DNA from: Alphaproteobacteria bacterium
GTDB lineage: Bacteria > Pseudomonadota > Alphaproteobacteria > UBA8366 > G965603855
Length of the DNA stretch: 64,000 nt
Assembly (NCBI GenBank): GCA_965603855.1
Contig: OZ272519.1
Span: 3,154,118 to 3,218,117 of the forward strand
Direction: 5' to 3'
Both the position numbers and the translations under genes were made by a program. The notes below the pieces were generated by a model. It was not told the DNA's origin, made no database searches, and saw only the letters and a list, made by a program, of their open reading frames with translations. This document shows, one piece after another, positions 60,605 through 64,000 of this stretch (the first letter of the stretch is position 1; the number at the start of each line of letters is the position of its first letter).

Positions 60605-60676
60605 TTCAGTGTTTCGACGTGTATTGATCCTGCTCTGGGTTTCGTTCGCCGCGCGGCGTTTTCTCGACGGCCGTTC

Positions 60677-61531
60677 CTAGTGCGACATCAGAACCGGCAC
60701 GGTCATGTGGCCCAACAGGTGATGGGTCACCCCGCCCAGTATGACCTCGCGCACGCGCGAATGCCCGTAGCCGCCCATGACGACCAGGTCGGCGCCGTCG
60801 TCGGCGGCCTGGTTCAGGATGACGTCGCCCACTTCCAGCCCGTCCGAATGCAGGGTCTGAAGCTGGGCGTGGATGCCGTGCGCAGACAGATAACGTGCCA
60901 CGTCCGAGCCCGGCACCGCGTCTTCGCCGTCCGGGTCGACCGTGATCACCTTGATCTCTTCGGCCGCCTGCATGAAAGGCAAGGCATCGCCGATGGCTCG
61001 CGCGGATTCGCGCGTTCCGCTCCAGGCGACGATCACCCGCTTGGCCACGGTGTCGCGCGCGCCGATATAGGGAAGGATCAGCACCGGCCGGCCGGCATGC
61101 AGCACGACCTCGTCGGGCAGCCCCTCGTAGGCCGCCGGATCCTTCTCCGGGTCCTCCTGGCGGATGACGATCAGGTCGTTGAACAGGCCCTGTCGCGAGA
61201 TCACCTGCGCCGGCTCGCCCTGGATCGCCTGCCAGGACGCGCGATCGGCCCAGCCCGCATCCTGGACGGCCTCGTCGAACCGGCCCTTGGCGCCGTCAAG
61301 GTCCGCCTGCTGGCGCTGGGCCAGCGATTCGTAGACATCCGCCGGAACCTGGGCGGCCGCGAAAGCCGGGATGTAGATCGGTGTCTGGACGCCCAGGCCC
61401 GCCACATGCGCATCGTGCACCTGGGCAATATCCAGGGCGGCCCGCACACAGCCCGCCGCCTGGTCGGTGTTGTCGACGTAGACCAGGATCGACTTCAACG
61501 CCGAACCACCGAAAGCTGCCTGGGTCATCAC
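60677..61531 (-). CDS. Universal stress protein (tandem UspA domains)
   Basis: Two Usp domains (ILVYVDNTD...; ...VVMGGYGHSRVREVILGGVTHHLL). Confidence 0.7.
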   Translation of the reverse strand: MMTQAAFGGSALKSILVYVDNTDQAAGCVRAALDIAQVHDAHVAGLGVQTPIYIPAFAAAQVPADVYESLAQRQQADLDGAKGRFDEAVQDAGWADRASWQAIQGEPAQVISRQGLFNDLIVIRQEDPEKDPAAYEGLPDEVVLHAGRPVLILPYIGARDTVAKRVIVAWSGTRESARAIGDALPFMQAAEEIKVITVDPDGEDAVPGSDVARYLSAHGIHAQLQTLHSDGLEVGDVILNQAADDGADLVVMGGYGHSRVREVILGGVTHHLLGHMTVPVLMSH

Positions 61532-61668
61532 GGTTACCTTTCGCGTAATATGCCGTTAACCATACGGCCCGATAGTGTGCATCCAGGGTGCCGCAAATCG
61601 GCCCAGGCGGGCATTGACTTCGCTCAACCCCGGCGCGGCAACAGACTAGGCAGGTTAATACACGTCCC

Positions 61669-63114
61669 ATGACAGAAAGACCAAAGGTCTATCCGGTGAT
61701 CCTGTCAGGCGGGTCCGGGACGCGGCTTTGGCCGCTCAGCCGGTCCCATTATCCAAAACAGCTCAACCGGCTGATCGGCAACGCCTCGCTGTTGCAGCAG
61801 ACGGCCGAGCGCGCGTCGGCGCCGGACCTGTTCCATGCGCCTGTCGTGATCGCCAACCAGGAGCACCGGTTCTTCGTCGCCATGGCGCTCGACGAACTGG
61901 GCATCGCGCCCGAGGCCATCATTCTGGAGCCCGAGGGCCGGAACACGGCCCCGGCGGCGGTGGTCGCAGCCGCCTATCTGGCCGAGCGCGACCCCGACGC
62001 GATCGTTGCGCTGTTGCCGTCGGACCACCATGTCCGCGACGTGCCCGCCTTCATGGACGCAATGAAGAAGGCCGCGGCGACGGCGGCGACGGGCCGGCTG
62101 GTCGCCTTCGCGATCCAGCCCGACAGGCCGGAAACGGGCTATGGCTATATCCGACAGGGCGCCGCGCTGGCCGGTTGCGACGGCGCGTTCGCGGTGGACG
62201 CCTTCGTCGAGAAACCCGACGCCGAGACCGCCGCCACGTTCCTGGCCCAGGGCGGGTATGCCTGGAACAGCGGGATGTTCGTGTTTTCGGTCCGCACGCT
62301 TCTGGACGAGGCCAAGCGGTATGCCGCCGATATCGCGAAGGCATCGGAACTGGCGCTGGCCGGCGCGGTCCGCGACCTGGACTTTCTGCGGCTGGAACCC
62401 ACGGCCTTCGGCGCCTGCCGTTCGGATTCCGTCGACTATGCGATCATGGAAAAGACCGACCGGGCGGCCGTCATGCCGGCCGACATCGGATGGAGCGACG
62501 TCGGATCCTGGGACGCCCTGTGGGCCGAAGGTCCCAAGGACGAAAAAGACAACGTCGTCACCGGCAACACCATGTTGGAAGGCGTCACCGGTTCCTACAT
62601 CCGCGGCAGCAGCGACCAACTGGTCGCGGCGCTTGGGGTGGAGGACCTTATCGTCGTCGCCACCGACGATGCCGTCCTGGTCGCGCCGCGCGGCCGCGCC
62701 GGCGGCGTGCGCAACATCGTCTCCCGGCTCAAGGCCGCGGGCCGGATCGAGGCGGACGAACACCGCACCGTCTCGCGTCCCTGGGGAACGTTCAAGGAGA
62801 TCGACAGCGGCGCGCGCTACAAGGTGCGGCGGCTGACGATCCTGCCGGGCGCAAAGCTGTCGGTGCAACGCCACCGGCACCGTGCCGAACACTGGGTCGT
62901 CGTCACCGGCACGGCGACGATCACCCGCGAAGACCGGACCATCACCCTGGGCGAGAACGAATCGCTGTTCGCGCCCCCCGGCCAGACGCACCGCCTGGAA
63001 AACCGCGGCAGCGACGTCCTGCACCTGATCGAGGTGCAATCGGGCTCGTACCTGGCGGAGGACGACGTGGAACGGTTCAGCGACGACAACGAAGGCTCGG
63101 TCGCCGCCGAGTGA
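61669..63114 (+). CDS. manC: Mannose-1-phosphate guanylyltransferase / mannose-6-phosphate isomerase (type II PMI, ManC/XanB/AlgA-like)
   Basis: VILSGGSGTRLWPLSR nucleotidyltransferase motif. The C-terminal cupin PMI domain (...HRHRAEHWVVVTGTA...) is present, 481 aa. Confidence 0.8.
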   Translation: MTERPKVYPVILSGGSGTRLWPLSRSHYPKQLNRLIGNASLLQQTAERASAPDLFHAPVVIANQEHRFFVAMALDELGIAPEAIILEPEGRNTAPAAVVAAAYLAERDPDAIVALLPSDHHVRDVPAFMDAMKKAAATAATGRLVAFAIQPDRPETGYGYIRQGAALAGCDGAFAVDAFVEKPDAETAATFLAQGGYAWNSGMFVFSVRTLLDEAKRYAADIAKASELALAGAVRDLDFLRLEPTAFGACRSDSVDYAIMEKTDRAAVMPADIGWSDVGSWDALWAEGPKDEKDNVVTGNTMLEGVTGSYIRGSSDQLVAALGVEDLIVVATDDAVLVAPRGRAGGVRNIVSRLKAAGRIEADEHRTVSRPWGTFKEIDSGARYKVRRLTILPGAKLSVQRHRHRAEHWVVVTGTATITREDRTITLGENESLFAPPGQTHRLENRGSDVLHLIEVQSGSYLAEDDVERFSDDNEGSVAAE

Positions 63115-63120
63115 AACGGA

Positions 63121-64000
63121 TCAGACCGTCGCGTCGGTTTGCGGCAGTGTCACCGAAACGCACGTCCCGCGGCCCGCGACGCTGTCGATCGACAGACTGC
63201 CGTCGTGCAGCTCGGTGAGCTGTTTGACGATGGTCAGGCCCAGGCCGGTCCCGCCGCGGTTTCGCGAAAGCGCCGACTGAACCTGTCCGAACGGTTCCAG
63301 CGCCTTCTGGATCTCGAAATCGGTCATGCCGACGCCGGTGTCGGCGACCTCGAAACGCACGGCCCCGGGCACCTCCACCAGCCGCGCCGTGACGGTGCCG
63401 CCACGGGGCGTGAACTTGATGGCGTTCGACATCAGGTTCAGCAGGATCTGACGCAACCGGGTCTTGTCGGCCTGAACGGTGACGGTGTCCGCAGGCAGTT
63501 CCACCCTCAGCGCCACGCCGGCGGCGTCCGCCTGCGGTTGCATGCGTTTGACGTCGTCCCGCAACAGCGCACCGGCATCCAGCGGCTCGAAATAAAGAAC
63601 CAGCTTGCCCGCATCGATCTTGGCGATATCCAGGATGTCGTTGATCAGGTCCAACAACAGCAGGCCGCTGTTGCGGATATCGCCGATATATTCGACGTAG
63701 CGCGCATCGCCCAGCGGTCCGAAATGGCCGCACTGCATCACGTCTGAGAACCCGATGATCGCGTTCAGCGGTGTGCGCAGCTCGTGGCTCATGATCGCGA
63801 GAAACTCGGACTTGGCACGGTTCGCCTCGTCCGCCTGGTTGCGGGCTTCGACCAGCTCCTGCTCGGCGTCGGCGTTCTCGGTCACGTCCGTATAGGTGGT
63901 CACGAAACCGCCGTCGGGAAGCGGACGGCGCCAGAGTTCGATCACGCGGCCGTCCGGCCAGGTTTCCTCGAACCGCTGTTCGGGTTGGGTGCGGAAACTG
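63121..64000 (-). CDS. Sensor histidine kinase, C-terminal part; the gene runs off the right edge of the window
   Basis: HELRTPLNAIIGFSDVMQ (HisKA) and HATPase_c (DTGVGM; GGTGLGL) are present, and the upstream PAS-like part runs off the window. Confidence 0.7.
   Translation of the reverse strand, partial: SFRTQPEQRFEETWPDGRVIELWRRPLPDGGFVTTYTDVTENADAEQELVEARNQADEANRAKSEFLAIMSHELRTPLNAIIGFSDVMQCGHFGPLGDARYVEYIGDIRNSGLLLLDLINDILDIAKIDAGKLVLYFEPLDAGALLRDDVKRMQPQADAAGVALRVELPADTVTVQADKTRLRQILLNLMSNAIKFTPRGGTVTARLVEVPGAVRFEVADTGVGMTDFEIQKALEPFGQVQSALSRNRGGTGLGLTIVKQLTELHDGSLSIDSVAGRGTCVSVTLPQTDATV

Overview
High-GC chromosomal segment, probably alphaproteobacterial, dense with conserved operons. 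From left to right the window carries: (1) a trehalose metabolism locus with divergent operons, GH15-otsA on the minus strand and beta-PGM-like HAD plus GH65 phosphorylase on the plus strand. (2) An orphan PAS histidine kinase, META/HslJ and DM13 proteins, clpS, and a TAT-exported PhoX phosphatase. (3) A LacI-controlled CUT1 sugar ABC uptake operon ending in a GH2 glycosidase. (4) A complete clade-I N2O reductase cluster nosRZDFYL with translationally coupled, overlapping start and stop codons. (5) A photoreactivation/cryptochrome supercluster: a divergently oriented FeS-BCP-type cryptochrome/photolyase, and a minus-strand operon lipoprotein-DUF4174-photolyase-DUF2256-truncated FAD-domain photolyase homologue. 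(6) A DUF2235 (Tle1-like lipase) membrane protein, cupin, Fe/2OG oxygenase-like and AKR genes. (7) A tRNA-Val(GAC) flanked by lower-GC hypothetical genes, including a 680-aa coiled-coil lipoprotein. (8) A second large PAS histidine kinase, a dgcN/dgcA-like D-glutamate module, a DUF1800/DUF1501 pair, tandem Usp and manC. Three copies of a dispersed palindromic MITE/REP-like intergenic repeat and several unusually long non-coding gaps are present. No transposase, integrase or CRISPR array was seen. All functional calls rest on recognising motifs in the supplied translations; no database search was possible.
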